Part shown: positions 30,554 through 40,446 of the stretch, in pieces | Layout of the letters: the number at the start of each line of letters is the position of its first letter | Numbering within the stretch: position 1 is the stretch's first letter | Origin: Candidatus Latescibacterota bacterium | GTDB taxonomy: Bacteria > Latescibacterota > UBA2968 | Assembly: GCA_965222605.1 (NCBI GenBank) | Contig: OZ244960.1 | Span: 768,001 to 832,000 of the forward strand | Direction: 5' to 3' | DNA: 64,000 nt | Program-made: the position numbers and the translations under genes | Notes under the pieces: model-generated | What the model was told of the DNA's origin: nothing | The model's input: the letters and a program-made list of their open reading frames with translations, nothing else | Database searches by the model: none

Positions 30554-31276
30554 TTAATAACGCCAGTCTTCATGAGCGAGCGGTGCGCGGTTGAGCACGT
30601 CTCGATGCAAGTGCCACTGAGGCATGAACGTATCCATCAGATCCCGAAACCGATCGTTATGGCTCGGCTCAATCAAATGTACCATCTCGTGTACAAGGAT
30701 GTACGCCAAACACATAGTCGGCTTTTTGGCGAGTTCCAGATTTACCCAGATACGTCTATCTTCCACATTGCATGACCCCCAGCGGGTCTTCATCTTTTTG
30801 ATGCGAACCTCGGCAACCTTCACACCTATTTTTTCTTCCCATTTGGCGAGGAGTGGAGGCAGTTGATCGCGGAGATGGCGGCGATACCAGCGATGAAATA
30901 TCGCTTCCCGGGCGTCTCGATTATCCCCCGGACGAATGCGTAATACCAGTGTCGAATTGTTAAGCAGATGCACACCCGGGCGACCATCGTGTTCAATCAC
31001 GTTGAGCCGATAGCGTCGCCCCCCAAAGTAATGGCTCTCCCCAGTCACGAACTCCCGCTGGGATTGGCGATCCTGCTGCTCAAATTCCGCCTGTTTCCGC
31101 CGAATCCATCCCATGCGCGAAATCACAGCCAGCCTTATGGCATCATCATCGAGGCGCATCGGAGCAGCCACCCGCACCCGACCGCCGGGTGGGTACACGC
31201 CCACATGGAGATTCTTGATATCCTTGCGGACGACCTCTACCGGTATCCCTCCTATGTCGATGCGATGGCCTTCCAC
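30554..31276 (-). CDS. M48/YgjP (DUF45) zinc metallo-hydrolase associated with Type I RM
   Basis: MKTRWGSC, YILVHEMVHL..SH..F; immediately downstream of hsdR. Confidence 0.9.
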   Translation of the reverse strand: MEGHRIDIGGIPVEVVRKDIKNLHVGVYPPGGRVRVAAPMRLDDDAIRLAVISRMGWIRRKQAEFEQQDRQSQREFVTGESHYFGGRRYRLNVIEHDGRPGVHLLNNSTLVLRIRPGDNRDAREAIFHRWYRRHLRDQLPPLLAKWEEKIGVKVAEVRIKKMKTRWGSCNVEDRRIWVNLELAKKPTMCLAYILVHEMVHLIEPSHNDRFRDLMDTFMPQWHLHRDVLNRAPLAHEDWRY

Positions 31277-31277
31277 C

Positions 31278-34200
31278 TCAGTAGTCCCGTTGATTCTTCA
31301 CAATCGCGAAGATCTGCTCCGCGAGGTTTTCGTCGTCGAGTTCTGACTTGATTGCGTTGCGAACCTCGCGTTCCTTGAATCTGTTTCCCCGCCAGTCTGC
31401 CTTCTTCACACTGCGAATGGCGCGATCTATGGCAAGTGCCTTCGCCTCTTTGAGATCCACAAGTGGCTCGGCGTCGTAAGATAGCGTTGGACCTCGCACC
31501 TGCAAGTTGTCGAAAAGTGCCCGCAATGCGGCACTGTCGATGCTGGAAGGATAGGAAGACTGCGTCTGCGGATTACTAACCTTCTCGGTCAGGGCGACGA
31601 TCCTGGACAAGTAATCCTTGTAGTCTATTGCCTCTTGCTTGCGCTGCAGGATCAGAGCATCCAGCAACTCCGACATCTTCTCGTAGTACCTGGGGTTGAC
31701 CGCCATCTCGTCGATAATGAGTCGCCGCACATTGTTCACAATCGTCTCGGCTATCGCTTCGGGATTCTTTCGGATGCCCTCGGGTAGCGCATCCACCGCT
31801 GCATCGCCGCGCTCGACAATCAGTTCCACAAGTGTTAGATCGTCAAATGTCGAAAGCTCCTCACTCTCCTCTGCGCGGATGTACGTATCGAGCAGGTGCC
31901 GCATCGCTGGTTCGTACATCTTCAGATTGATATAGTCGCCGCTGGCGAGCTTGACCTCCTCGCGTACCTTTTCGTAATGCCCCACTTCGGCCTTAATCTC
32001 ACGCGCCTCATTGTCGGAGTAGCCAGCCTCGCGCATCTCATTGGCTATATTGGCATAAGCCCGCAGAAACGCCGCGGACATCTTGTAAAGTGCTATGCGT
32101 CTGGGTTCTTTATCGTTGAGTTGCCCATCGTTGTCAGCAGCGCAGAAGTAGCGCAAATAATCCGCAGTATCGCGCGGCGGCGTCACCTGCTCGCACAGTG
32201 CCTTGACCTCCTCGCGTGTCTCCTCCAGTCGCTCCCGACCCTGCTGTAGCCGATCCTTCAACAACCCCCGCACATCCTCGTCGTCATAACCTTCAAAAGC
32301 CTCGCCAGTGTAATCCCTGATTGACCGCTCCAGTGACCGGAACAGATCCTTGTAGTCGATAATGTAGCCGTATTCCTTATCCTCACCGTCGAGGCGGTTG
32401 ACGCGGCATATCGCCTGAAACAGGCCGTGGTCTTGCATCTGCTTGTCGATATAGAGATAAGTCGCAGGTGGTGCGTCGAAGCCGGTCAGTAATTTATCGA
32501 CCACGATCAAGAGCTTCATCCGTCCCGGCTCATCGACAAAGCGCTTTTTCACCTCCCGTTCAAACTGCCCCACCTTATTCATCGCCGTGTCTTCCGGCTC
32601 ATTGAAGTGCGCCGCGAGCATCTTTCGGTAAATATCATATTGACGCAACTTCTCGGTAAGCCCCTCGCCGGACTCTTCGCCCTTAATATCCGCCGGAGCA
32701 GGTCTGTAAGAAGTCACGATGGCGCATTTATCCGCCAAATCAGTCTGCTGAAACATCTCAAATAAGCGACAGGCCGAATAAATACTTCCAGATACGAGCA
32801 TCGCATTGCCGTGACCGCTCTGCAGCCGGTCGCGCGTTTCCATATCAATCAGAATGTCTGCGACGATCTTCTGCAGCCGGTCCTGTGAACTCAGCACCTG
32901 CCGCATCGTACCCCACCGCTGCTTGAGCTGTGCCTTCGCCGCGTTGGTCAACGCTCTGGTTTTAAGCTCAAACCACTGATCAATCCTGTCCTGCGAGGTG
33001 ATATTCTGGTCAATATCGCGCGCCTCGTAACGCAGGTCCAACACCACATTATCACTCACGGCCTCGTCGTACTTATAGGTGTGGATGTACGGTCCAAAGG
33101 TCTCGATACTCCGCCTCTTGTCGGCTTTGAGCAGCGGCGTCCCGGTAAAGCCGATCAGCATCGCACCCGGCAACACGGTCTTCATTGCCTCGTGGAGTTT
33201 CCCGGACTGGGTGCGGTGGCACTCATCCACAAAAATGAATATCTCGCCCTTTGCACGAAAGTCCCTGGGCAAATGCCTGCGAATATCCTCCACGAACGCA
33301 TCAATATCACCTTCCTCCGACGCACCGAATTTTTGGATCAACGAACAGATCAGCCACTCGCCGCCAGTATTGAGCACATGCACCAGATCAGCGCCGGTCC
33401 TCGTGCGGTAGATGTCTTCGCTGACGCCCTTAAAGACCTTTTCGATCTGTTCATCCAGTTCCGTGCGATCGGTGATGATCAGCACCCGGGGATCAGTGAC
33501 ATTTTCGCGAATCCACTTCGCCAGCCAGACCATGACCAGGCTCTTGCCACTGCCCTGAGTGTGCCAGATAATGCCACCCTCGCGTCGTTTCACATGTCCC
33601 TGAGCCGCTCGCACGCCAAAATACTGATTGTGCCGACAGGTCTTCTTAATCCCCGCATCGAAAACAATGAAATCGTGGATGATCTCGAGCAACCGCTCCT
33701 TGCAGCAAAGTTGGCTCAGTTCCCGCAGCAGCGGATTGTCGCCAGCGTCCGGATGCGCCTCAGCCTCCTTCCAGCGCAACCAGTACTTCTCCGGTGTCTC
33801 TATAACGCCATACCGCAATCCCTCGGTTTCATTGCCCGCCATCACGAGTTGCACCGTAGTATAAAACGGATGAATAAACACCTTTTTCTGGCTATCGAGA
33901 TTCTGGCGGATACCCTCAGTCACCGAGACCGTAGAACGCTTCAGTTCCAACACACCCAGCGCAATACCATTGACATAAAGCACGATATCCGGTCGCCTGG
34001 TATTCTCTGCAGTAACTGTCACCTCTTCAGCGATGGCGAAGTCGTTGTTGTCGGGATTTTTCCAGTCAATCAGCCAAATCGTATCGGTATGCTCGCCCAC
34101 ATCCGGCTGCACTTTCACGCCATAGCGCAGCAAACTATAGACATCGCGGTTGACATCGTAAAGCGTCTTACTCCCTCCAAGCGCAGCCGCTTTACCCAGA

Positions 34201-34394
34201 TCAAATAGCACCTTGTCGATAATCTTCTTGCTGTACCCCCGGCCTTCGAGCCAGTTGGAAACCATTTCCTCCTCAACATTGCGATTATTGGCACGGTCCT
34301 GCCAGTTGCCGAGATAGGCATAGCCCAGCGCGTCCTTAAAAAACGCAATCACGCGCTTCTGCGTGCGAATCTCCCGTTGTCCGACCTTACTCAT
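31278..34394 (-). CDS. hsdR: Type I restriction enzyme, R subunit
   Basis: RRPDIVLYVNGI..ELK, WHTQGSGKS, DR.ELD.Q, DECHR, FTGTP, LLTGFDAP, QAICRVNR. Confidence 0.96.
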   Translation of the reverse strand: MSKVGQREIRTQKRVIAFFKDALGYAYLGNWQDRANNRNVEEEMVSNWLEGRGYSKKIIDKVLFDLGKAAALGGSKTLYDVNRDVYSLLRYGVKVQPDVGEHTDTIWLIDWKNPDNNDFAIAEEVTVTAENTRRPDIVLYVNGIALGVLELKRSTVSVTEGIRQNLDSQKKVFIHPFYTTVQLVMAGNETEGLRYGVIETPEKYWLRWKEAEAHPDAGDNPLLRELSQLCCKERLLEIIHDFIVFDAGIKKTCRHNQYFGVRAAQGHVKRREGGIIWHTQGSGKSLVMVWLAKWIRENVTDPRVLIITDRTELDEQIEKVFKGVSEDIYRTRTGADLVHVLNTGGEWLICSLIQKFGASEEGDIDAFVEDIRRHLPRDFRAKGEIFIFVDECHRTQSGKLHEAMKTVLPGAMLIGFTGTPLLKADKRRSIETFGPYIHTYKYDEAVSDNVVLDLRYEARDIDQNITSQDRIDQWFELKTRALTNAAKAQLKQRWGTMRQVLSSQDRLQKIVADILIDMETRDRLQSGHGNAMLVSGSIYSACRLFEMFQQTDLADKCAIVTSYRPAPADIKGEESGEGLTEKLRQYDIYRKMLAAHFNEPEDTAMNKVGQFEREVKKRFVDEPGRMKLLIVVDKLLTGFDAPPATYLYIDKQMQDHGLFQAICRVNRLDGEDKEYGYIIDYKDLFRSLERSIRDYTGEAFEGYDDEDVRGLLKDRLQQGRERLEETREEVKALCEQVTPPRDTADYLRYFCAADNDGQLNDKEPRRIALYKMSAAFLRAYANIANEMREAGYSDNEAREIKAEVGHYEKVREEVKLASGDYINLKMYEPAMRHLLDTYIRAEESEELSTFDDLTLVELIVERGDAAVDALPEGIRKNPEAIAETIVNNVRRLIIDEMAVNPRYYEKMSELLDALILQRKQEAIDYKDYLSRIVALTEKVSNPQTQSSYPSSIDSAALRALFDNLQVRGPTLSYDAEPLVDLKEAKALAIDRAIRSVKKADWRGNRFKEREVRNAIKSELDDENLAEQIFAIVKNQRDY

Positions 34395-34976
34395 CCTTCG
34401 TCTCCACTACTTTCCAATGGCCTCCCCTGGCGGGCCCGATCCGTTCAAGGACACCCATTTTTTTCAGCTTACTGATCTGCCACTCGATTCCCTTTGCTGT
34501 GATTTCGAGTTGGTTCGCCAGTTCCGCTGTGGTGATTGAGGGGTTGGCGGCGATCAGGGTCAAGATTTTCTCCCTAGTTTTCTCCCTAGTTTTCTCCCTA
34601 GTTTTCTCCCTAGTTTTCTCTTGTTCTTGGCTAGTTTTTGGGGTAGTGGCACTATCGGCTGCTTGGTGCTGCCACTTCGATAGTGGAATTCGCCTTTATA
34701 GCTAATTGGATTCGGGTAGGGATCAACCGCGATTTCCAGATATTCCCCGCCATCTTCCGACTTCAGGTTCACGTCAACCACAATGCCGAGCAATGACTGA
34801 GCCTTATTGGGGATCTCTTCGAGCAATCGGAGAATGTTCTTCACTCCGACCACCTCACCCCGGTCATTCTTGCCAATTTCCAGTACGCCGCCCTGAGCGT
34901 TGGCGAATCCACAGACCCATTTCAGGTATTCGTCCCGCCATGTCTCTTTCCATTCGATGTTCTGACTCTCGCTCAT
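34387..34976 (-). pseudogene. AlbA_2/RecG-like protein collapsed by an out-of-frame internal deletion
   Basis: ESQNIEWKE..GFANAQGG..RSGSTKQ is joined directly to a different-frame (EKTR)n linker and HTH ILTLI..NPSIT..LERIGPARGGHWKV. Confidence 0.8.
34566..34620. repeat. 12-bp tandem repeat (TTTTCTCCCTAG) x4+
   Basis: Read directly; encodes the EKTR linker on the minus strand. Confidence 0.9.
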
Positions 34977-36523
34977 ATCTCCGTACTCCCTGACTTCAGA
35001 CCAGCAAGAGCAGCCCGCCCTTTGTCCGTTAATTGGTACTTTTGCAATGGGCTACGCGGTTTGTCAGGGACAGTCCTTTCCAGCAACTCGTCAGCCAATA
35101 GCCGTCTAAGCTGTTGCTCAAAGCTTCTTGTTCGGGTCGAATATCCCGCGACTATCCACAACTCTCTACTCGTTGCCGCTTCCTGAACACACGCTTGTAG
35201 TATGGCAATATCCCTGACTGACAATTCAGCTTGCACCCCAGCTTGCACCCCAGCTTGCACCCCAGCTTGCACCCCAGCTTGCACCCCAGCTTGGCCCCCT
35301 GATTGCTCTGCAAGTGCTGCTCGCCAAACCGTCGTTACAAATCCCTGGGTAACAGCGAATCCTGGTTCTGGCAAACCCGCCTTCACACAGCGACGGATCA
35401 TATCCAGCGTTCCGGTTCCCATCCGCTCAATGTATTCGGCGAGGTACATAGATTCCGCCAGCAGAGGGTTGCCGGGTACCGACGTGTGCGCGACCCGCAA
35501 CTTCTCCAGTGTCAGTGGCGGCGGTAGCCTGCCGGGATTCCAGACTTCCAACCGGTTCGCGAAGAGCATGACCTGCACACTACCATTGTCCGTATAGTCG
35601 CGGTGCGCCACCGCGTTGACAATGGCTTCTGTCACAACTTCTTCTGGAATTTCATAGGTTCGAGGAGCGCGGACGCTCTCGGCCCGTGTGCCTATTGACC
35701 GATTGATCTTGCTCAGCACGAAATCCACCGCCTGATCAACCAGATCGAATACCGTGCCCTTATAGACTTGGTAGGAAGGAATCGGTTTGGCGACCTCTGT
35801 CCCGTGAAAGTGGGCGCATCTGACTTCGGAAGAAATGAGATGCCGCTGAGGTGCCTTCCCGAACAGCAATACCGCCGCATTCGTCAACCGCCCGTCGTTC
35901 AACAGTTTCAGATGCTCCAGCAACTCTTCGGGAGACGACTCCTCTGTCAGCGGGAACTGTCTGGCCCTGCGTGCGGTGCGGATGAATCGAATGATTCGCT
36001 CGAAGTCCAGGTCTTCCAGCACCGCCTTCGCGCAAGGTGCCGCATCGAATGGCCCCCAGCGGATCAATTCTTTGACTTCCAGGTACTCTACCAACGCCGC
36101 ATACAGCCCGGTTACCAGTTCTGCCTGGGTATTGAATCGTTTCCGAATTAGCCCCGCCTGCGCTTTACCAATCAACGCCCCCATCTTCGGATGTCGGACG
36201 TGGGTTTCCGTCCCCTTTACGAAGATCAGACGATGCACTCCCAGAGTGGTCGCGCAGTCAAACTCCCGCTCCGTTGGCGACATCCCTTCTGCGTCCTCGG
36301 TTCCATAGTCACTTCCAAATAACCCCACATAGAGATCGCACTGTTCAACCTCGTCCAGATAGAGCGCATCGGGACGCCGATCCGAGGCTGGAACCTCCTC
36401 GAACAAGAACACCTCGAAGAACCGCCGCATCAGCGGGTCTCCGCGCAGATAATCGCGCAACGCTGCTCGCTCTTGTGCGAACTCCGTTTGTACGCTGCTA
36501 ATGAAAATGCGAAGTGGGGTCAT
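34973..36523 (-). CDS. DUF4062 plus HATPase_c_4 plus C-terminal HTH protein
   Basis: IFISSVQ.EF..ER, YVGLFG..YG, SPTEREF; EAIVNAVAHRDY, NPG.LP, IERMGTG; PDKPRSP.QKY.LT.KG. Confidence 0.85.
   Translation of the reverse strand: MTPLRIFISSVQTEFAQERAALRDYLRGDPLMRRFFEVFLFEEVPASDRRPDALYLDEVEQCDLYVGLFGSDYGTEDAEGMSPTEREFDCATTLGVHRLIFVKGTETHVRHPKMGALIGKAQAGLIRKRFNTQAELVTGLYAALVEYLEVKELIRWGPFDAAPCAKAVLEDLDFERIIRFIRTARRARQFPLTEESSPEELLEHLKLLNDGRLTNAAVLLFGKAPQRHLISSEVRCAHFHGTEVAKPIPSYQVYKGTVFDLVDQAVDFVLSKINRSIGTRAESVRAPRTYEIPEEVVTEAIVNAVAHRDYTDNGSVQVMLFANRLEVWNPGRLPPPLTLEKLRVAHTSVPGNPLLAESMYLAEYIERMGTGTLDMIRRCVKAGLPEPGFAVTQGFVTTVWRAALAEQSGGQAGVQAGVQAGVQAGVQAGVQAELSVRDIAILQACVQEAATSRELWIVAGYSTRTRSFEQQLRRLLADELLERTVPDKPRSPLQKYQLTDKGRAALAGLKSGSTEI
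35227..35292. repeat. 12-bp tandem repeat (CAGCTTGCACCC) x5
   Basis: Encodes the (QAGV)n linker in 34973..36523. Confidence 0.9.
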
Positions 36524-36571
36524 GTTAAAACCTGTTCACTGGCGAGATCGAGTAGGAGCATTCCCGCCAAC

Positions 36572-36814
36572 TCAACCGAATCGGGGTGGGTCGCGCATCG
36601 GCTCGCGCGGCGGTATATCCAGTTCCACACCACCCAAAGGCGTGAATCGATCGTGTATAGCGCGTGCGAGATTGGCGGGAGGCGCGTACTCGGTAAGCGC
36701 AGCATGCAAAATAGCCCGCGCTTCCTCTTCCATCGAATGGCCGTGCTCAGCCGCCTGGATGCGCAGACGCTGCTTTATGTCATTGCTGAGGTTGCGTATT
36801 GTCATGCTGGCCAT
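36572..36814 (-). CDS. FitA-like ribbon-helix-helix antitoxin
   Basis: MASMTIRNL..K.RLRI.AA.HGHSMEEEARAIL..GGVEL.IPPR; GGAGG RBS. Confidence 0.85.
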   Translation of the reverse strand: MASMTIRNLSNDIKQRLRIQAAEHGHSMEEEARAILHAALTEYAPPANLARAIHDRFTPLGGVELDIPPREPMRDPPRFG

Positions 36815-36894
36815 CTTCTTTACCTCCAATTCCGAGAAAATATGCAATTTTGATGTTCTGGCTCTCGCCCCTGTCGCCTTCTTCTTTTTTGGGC

Positions 36895-37175
36895 TCGAGC
36901 TACCTTTCGACTTGCCCCGTAACTTGCCCTATGAGGTTGTAGTCTTCCGATCCCCAACCCCTATCTTGGCCCCCTACTTGGCCCCCTGCTTGGACCCCTG
37001 CTTGGACCCCTGCCTCTGACTCTGACTGCCTCACGACTTGACCTGTGACTTGACCTGCGAAATTATCATCTTCCGATTTCCGTACCTATCTTGCACCCCA
37101 GCTTGCACCCCTACTTGTACCCCTACTTGTACCCCTACTTGTACCCCTACTTGTACCCCTACTTGTACCCCTGTA
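36895..37175. repeat. Cluster of 12-bp tandem repeats (CTTGTACCCCTA, CTTGGACCCCTG, CTTGACCTGTGA)
   Basis: Minus strand encodes GVQV/GVQA/GQVTGQV linkers with no start codon. Confidence 0.85.
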
Positions 37176-37236
37176 GCGTTAATGTGTTACGCGATAGGGA
37201 GACCTCAATTTGCTGCTTCCTGAGTGTGAACCGTGG

Positions 37237-37752
37237 TTAATGCGTTGCCCCTCGCCCTTGCATCAGTTCTGGACATAGGAAAACTATCTCAACACCGTGC
37301 TGTTGCAACGCTTGACGGTGGTGCCACCAACCCGTATCAGAGGCATTCAGTACCTCCGGTTCTGTCCCGCTTGCCAGTGCCACAGCAACAAACTTGCGAT
37401 CATCTTGATCGAATGCGCTGAGGTCGGGATCATCAGGAAATTCCTCGAATCCGCGATCTTCATGAGGCGTCAACGCAATCTTTCGGCAATACTCAGGGTT
37501 AGCCTGGTTTTGCCATAGCCACAGAAAAAAGGCATCACCGGGTCCTGGCTGTCCAGAGGGGTTAAGATTGTTCCGGTACTCGTCGATAATTCGGTTTCTA
37601 TCGTCCAAGAGGAGGTGGCACTCATCCTGTATGTGACGTAACCTTTTTATGCATGCAAGAATACAACATGGCTCTGCTTGTTCGGTCTTATTACCATTTG
37701 CAACGATAGGAACATTGGTATCCATGACTACTTCCGTTTTACTCATGCTCAT
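37237..37752 (-). CDS. PIN-like domain protein, partner of the AAA ATPase
   Basis: VVMDTNV, I.DEY, DQDDRKFVAVA, NASD; ATGA-coupled to the ATPase. Confidence 0.65.
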   Translation of the reverse strand: MSMSKTEVVMDTNVPIVANGNKTEQAEPCCILACIKRLRHIQDECHLLLDDRNRIIDEYRNNLNPSGQPGPGDAFFLWLWQNQANPEYCRKIALTPHEDRGFEEFPDDPDLSAFDQDDRKFVAVALASGTEPEVLNASDTGWWHHRQALQQHGVEIVFLCPELMQGRGATH

Positions 37753-39113
37753 TCAGAAGCCCCCTGCCTTTCCAGCGCGGCCTCGCTTATAGAAGCAATC
37801 TCGCCGAACTGGTCCCCAAAGAAATCCTTCGGCCAATTGGAGATATTTCCGTATTGGTCAATTTCGAGTTGGCTAAGGCAGGACACACCATTGTCGTCCG
37901 TCGAACAAAAGAATAAGCTGACATCATCCTTCTGTATCTTACCTTCAGCAATGCGGCGTTGGAGTCTGAGAAGCAGATGCTCGCTGTGACTCTCGAACAA
38001 TATCTGTACGTTGCGTTGTTCCCAGGCATCAATGAAGACATCGGCAAGGCCGGCCTGGACTGACGGATGCAGGTGAATCTCAGGCTGTTCCAGAATAACC
38101 ATGGACTCTTCAGGTACATAGAGGCACAGCACCAGCACTGGAAGAATCTGAGAAACCCCGAAACCGATGTCAGTGAGGAGAACTTCGGCCGAATTAGGTG
38201 ATTTACGAACTATGACCTCAAACAACCGTCTGCCTTCAGTTAAGGCCTCGACCCGAAAGTCGTAGATCAATCCAAGACGTTTGAGCCATTCAGCCACGTA
38301 TTCTTCAATGGTAGAATCGGAATCTTGCCCAATACTCTCGCCCCGTTCCCGAGACGAGAGTATTGCATCTACTACGAATTCACCGACTCGACCCACATCG
38401 CTGGGTTGCCCACTTGTTCGAGCGTAGATACGATTTGGATAGACGCGGAGAGGACCGAGGTAGTACAGATCGCGCAGGAGCGATTCCAGTCCATATTGGA
38501 AATCATATCTGGGGAGGTAGGCTTGGATTAATTCATCTTCCCAATATGGAAAATGGTGAAACTTGGATCGACCAAGATAATAATCATCCTTCTTGGCACG
38601 ACGAGAGCGATTGAAATCGGCCCCACTGGCAAACAGATCATAGTCTATCTGACCAGGTACACGCTGCATCCCGAACCGACGGCCATCAGTGATCCGATAG
38701 GCCATTTCTTCCACTTTCAGCAACTTGCCAGAGCCAATGTTTTCTTCTCGTATCTCGACCTCGAATCCGATTTCTTCGTCTTTATCTACAATTTCGTAGG
38801 TGTACGCATCCGGTATTACTAATGGCAGCTCAGTAATATTCCAGTCGAGCGAAAATTTCAAAGTCCGATCCGTGTCGTGTCCGTGTATGACGCTCTCAAA
38901 GTCGCCCAGATCAACGGGTGTATTGCCGTCACCAAAGTAGAGCATGATCCCACGGTCTGGCGAATCAACAGTTTGCTTCATCAGCAGCAGGGCTTGAAAC
39001 AGGCTGGTCTTGCCAGAGCTATTGGAACCAAAGAAACCGGTGATGGGCTTGAACTCAATGTCACCGGTATCCTTCCATGACTTGAAGTTTTCCAGCCGTA
39101 GCCGTGTCAACAT
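37749..39113 (-). CDS. ABC/AAA_21-type ATPase with DUF3696-like C-terminus
   Basis: L.NFKS, GSNSSGKTS (Walker A), YLGPLR, DIGFGVSQILP, ILEQPEIHLHP, ESHSEH, NWPKDFF. Confidence 0.88.
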   Translation of the reverse strand: MLTRLRLENFKSWKDTGDIEFKPITGFFGSNSSGKTSLFQALLLMKQTVDSPDRGIMLYFGDGNTPVDLGDFESVIHGHDTDRTLKFSLDWNITELPLVIPDAYTYEIVDKDEEIGFEVEIREENIGSGKLLKVEEMAYRITDGRRFGMQRVPGQIDYDLFASGADFNRSRRAKKDDYYLGRSKFHHFPYWEDELIQAYLPRYDFQYGLESLLRDLYYLGPLRVYPNRIYARTSGQPSDVGRVGEFVVDAILSSRERGESIGQDSDSTIEEYVAEWLKRLGLIYDFRVEALTEGRRLFEVIVRKSPNSAEVLLTDIGFGVSQILPVLVLCLYVPEESMVILEQPEIHLHPSVQAGLADVFIDAWEQRNVQILFESHSEHLLLRLQRRIAEGKIQKDDVSLFFCSTDDNGVSCLSQLEIDQYGNISNWPKDFFGDQFGEIASISEAALERQGASE

Positions 39114-39183
39114 CTGAGAGCCTCCTCTCTAAGAGCGGAATATCAAAACCAATTCCGGGGAAAAGCGGTCGGATCGCGTCTCA

Positions 39184-39957
39184 TCATGAGATGCTTTTAT
39201 GCAGAAAGTGCTTGATCCTTTCGCGGTTTGCGGCGAGGCTGGAGAACTGCTTCTCACAGACGTCACTGAAGCGCGCCAGTGCCTTGCGATTGATTGATTC
39301 TTGATCCTCAAAGATGGCCAGAGAACCGAACCGGATATTCCATCTCTCGAACTGAAGCAGCGCGATCGTGGCATCTTGGGTCTTCCTATCATTGTCAAGG
39401 GCGTGAACAAAAAGCGGTTGAGGCATACCGTTGATACGGCAGTCCACGGTGTACATCCCGTTAGGATCATGTTTAGGGTCGCTCCAGTCGAAGCTCATGC
39501 GCTCTTCTGGTATAGCTTCGCTCAGAAGTGCACGAAAATCATCCATAAAAGTGGAGTAAACTCGTTCCCGTGATAGGTACGATACATCAGAAATCTTGAG
39601 AAGTGCCTGCATAAATGAATACAGCGCGTCGCCGTAACGCCCATCTGGTACTTCGAGTACCAACTCACCATCACGGTCTTCGATCTGGAACGTGGACAAT
39701 GCGTTGGAGATGATTTTCTGGCGAGTGCCGCTATACAGATCCTTTTCATCAATGTCGTAGGTAAGATGCATATACGTATGCGCCTCATCGGACAACACCC
39801 ACCGCGTCCCCTCCTTCTTAAGAACAATACCCAAGTGATCGCCATCCTCGAACAGGAAGGGGGTGAACACGCGGAAGCGTTCCATGCCTTCGGCACCCAG
39901 ACGAATCTTCGACGAAACCTTTTCGTGAAAGTCTCGCTCTATGGTTTCGATGTACAT
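39184..39957 (-). CDS. DUF1828-domain protein
   Basis: VFTPF..EDGDHL.IVL..W.LSD.A.T; C-terminal Y.VDCRING segment. Confidence 0.7.
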   Translation of the reverse strand: MYIETIERDFHEKVSSKIRLGAEGMERFRVFTPFLFEDGDHLGIVLKKEGTRWVLSDEAHTYMHLTYDIDEKDLYSGTRQKIISNALSTFQIEDRDGELVLEVPDGRYGDALYSFMQALLKISDVSYLSRERVYSTFMDDFRALLSEAIPEERMSFDWSDPKHDPNGMYTVDCRINGMPQPLFVHALDNDRKTQDATIALLQFERWNIRFGSLAIFEDQESINRKALARFSDVCEKQFSSLAANRERIKHFLHKSIS

Positions 39958-39963
39958 CGCTTA

Positions 39964-40444
39964 TCACTCCTCAAAAAGGTTGAATTGTATCTCAGAGAGG
40001 ATTTCGATATTTGCGTCGTTGATAAGGCAACGAAGGGCACCGTGGAAATCGCCGTAACGGTCAGTCCGCTCTGCGTACGCGTCCTCCCGTGTTCCACGCG
40101 CCTGGTACCGCTCCGTCGCGAAATGAAGTGTGAAAGTCATAAAATGTGACATCTTCAATATGATTGGTGTGTTCGTGGCTCTTGCAGTTGTAACGCCGGA
40201 GGCGAAATATCCGGTTCGAACTCGGGACTCGAACAGCCAGGATAACCGAAAAGTCAAGTGGATTGATCTTATTCTGTCTGAATATCAAGCGGAACTCGTT
40301 ACCTGCTTTACCCATCAGATCCAGTTGTCCTTCATTGTGCCCCCGTTTGGGGCTAAGACGAATTCGATTGCTCCAATCGGCAGGCGCAGGCTTGCGCTCC
40401 TGTATCAACGACTCAATCTCTTGGTCTAAGTACATTACCGCCAT
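39964..40444 (-). pseudogene. Conserved hypothetical partner of DUF1828, split by a 1-nt frameshift
   Basis: ..LRRYNCKSHEHTN.IE..FYDFH continues in another frame as HFATERYQ..EDAYAE..ANI; junction near 40128. Confidence 0.7.
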
Positions 40445-40446
40445 AG

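Noticed and set aside
33081-34208. 375-aa plus-strand ORF
   Set aside because: Antisense shadow of hsdR
34566-37175. Short tandem repeats as a CRISPR array
   Set aside because: 12-bp head-to-tail units with no unique spacers and no cas genes; they encode peptide linkers
39114-39183. Intergenic FPGIGFDIPLLE resembling the HsdS TRD end FGGLGFKIPIIDE
   Set aside because: Too short, with little nucleotide similarity; cannot be separated from chance
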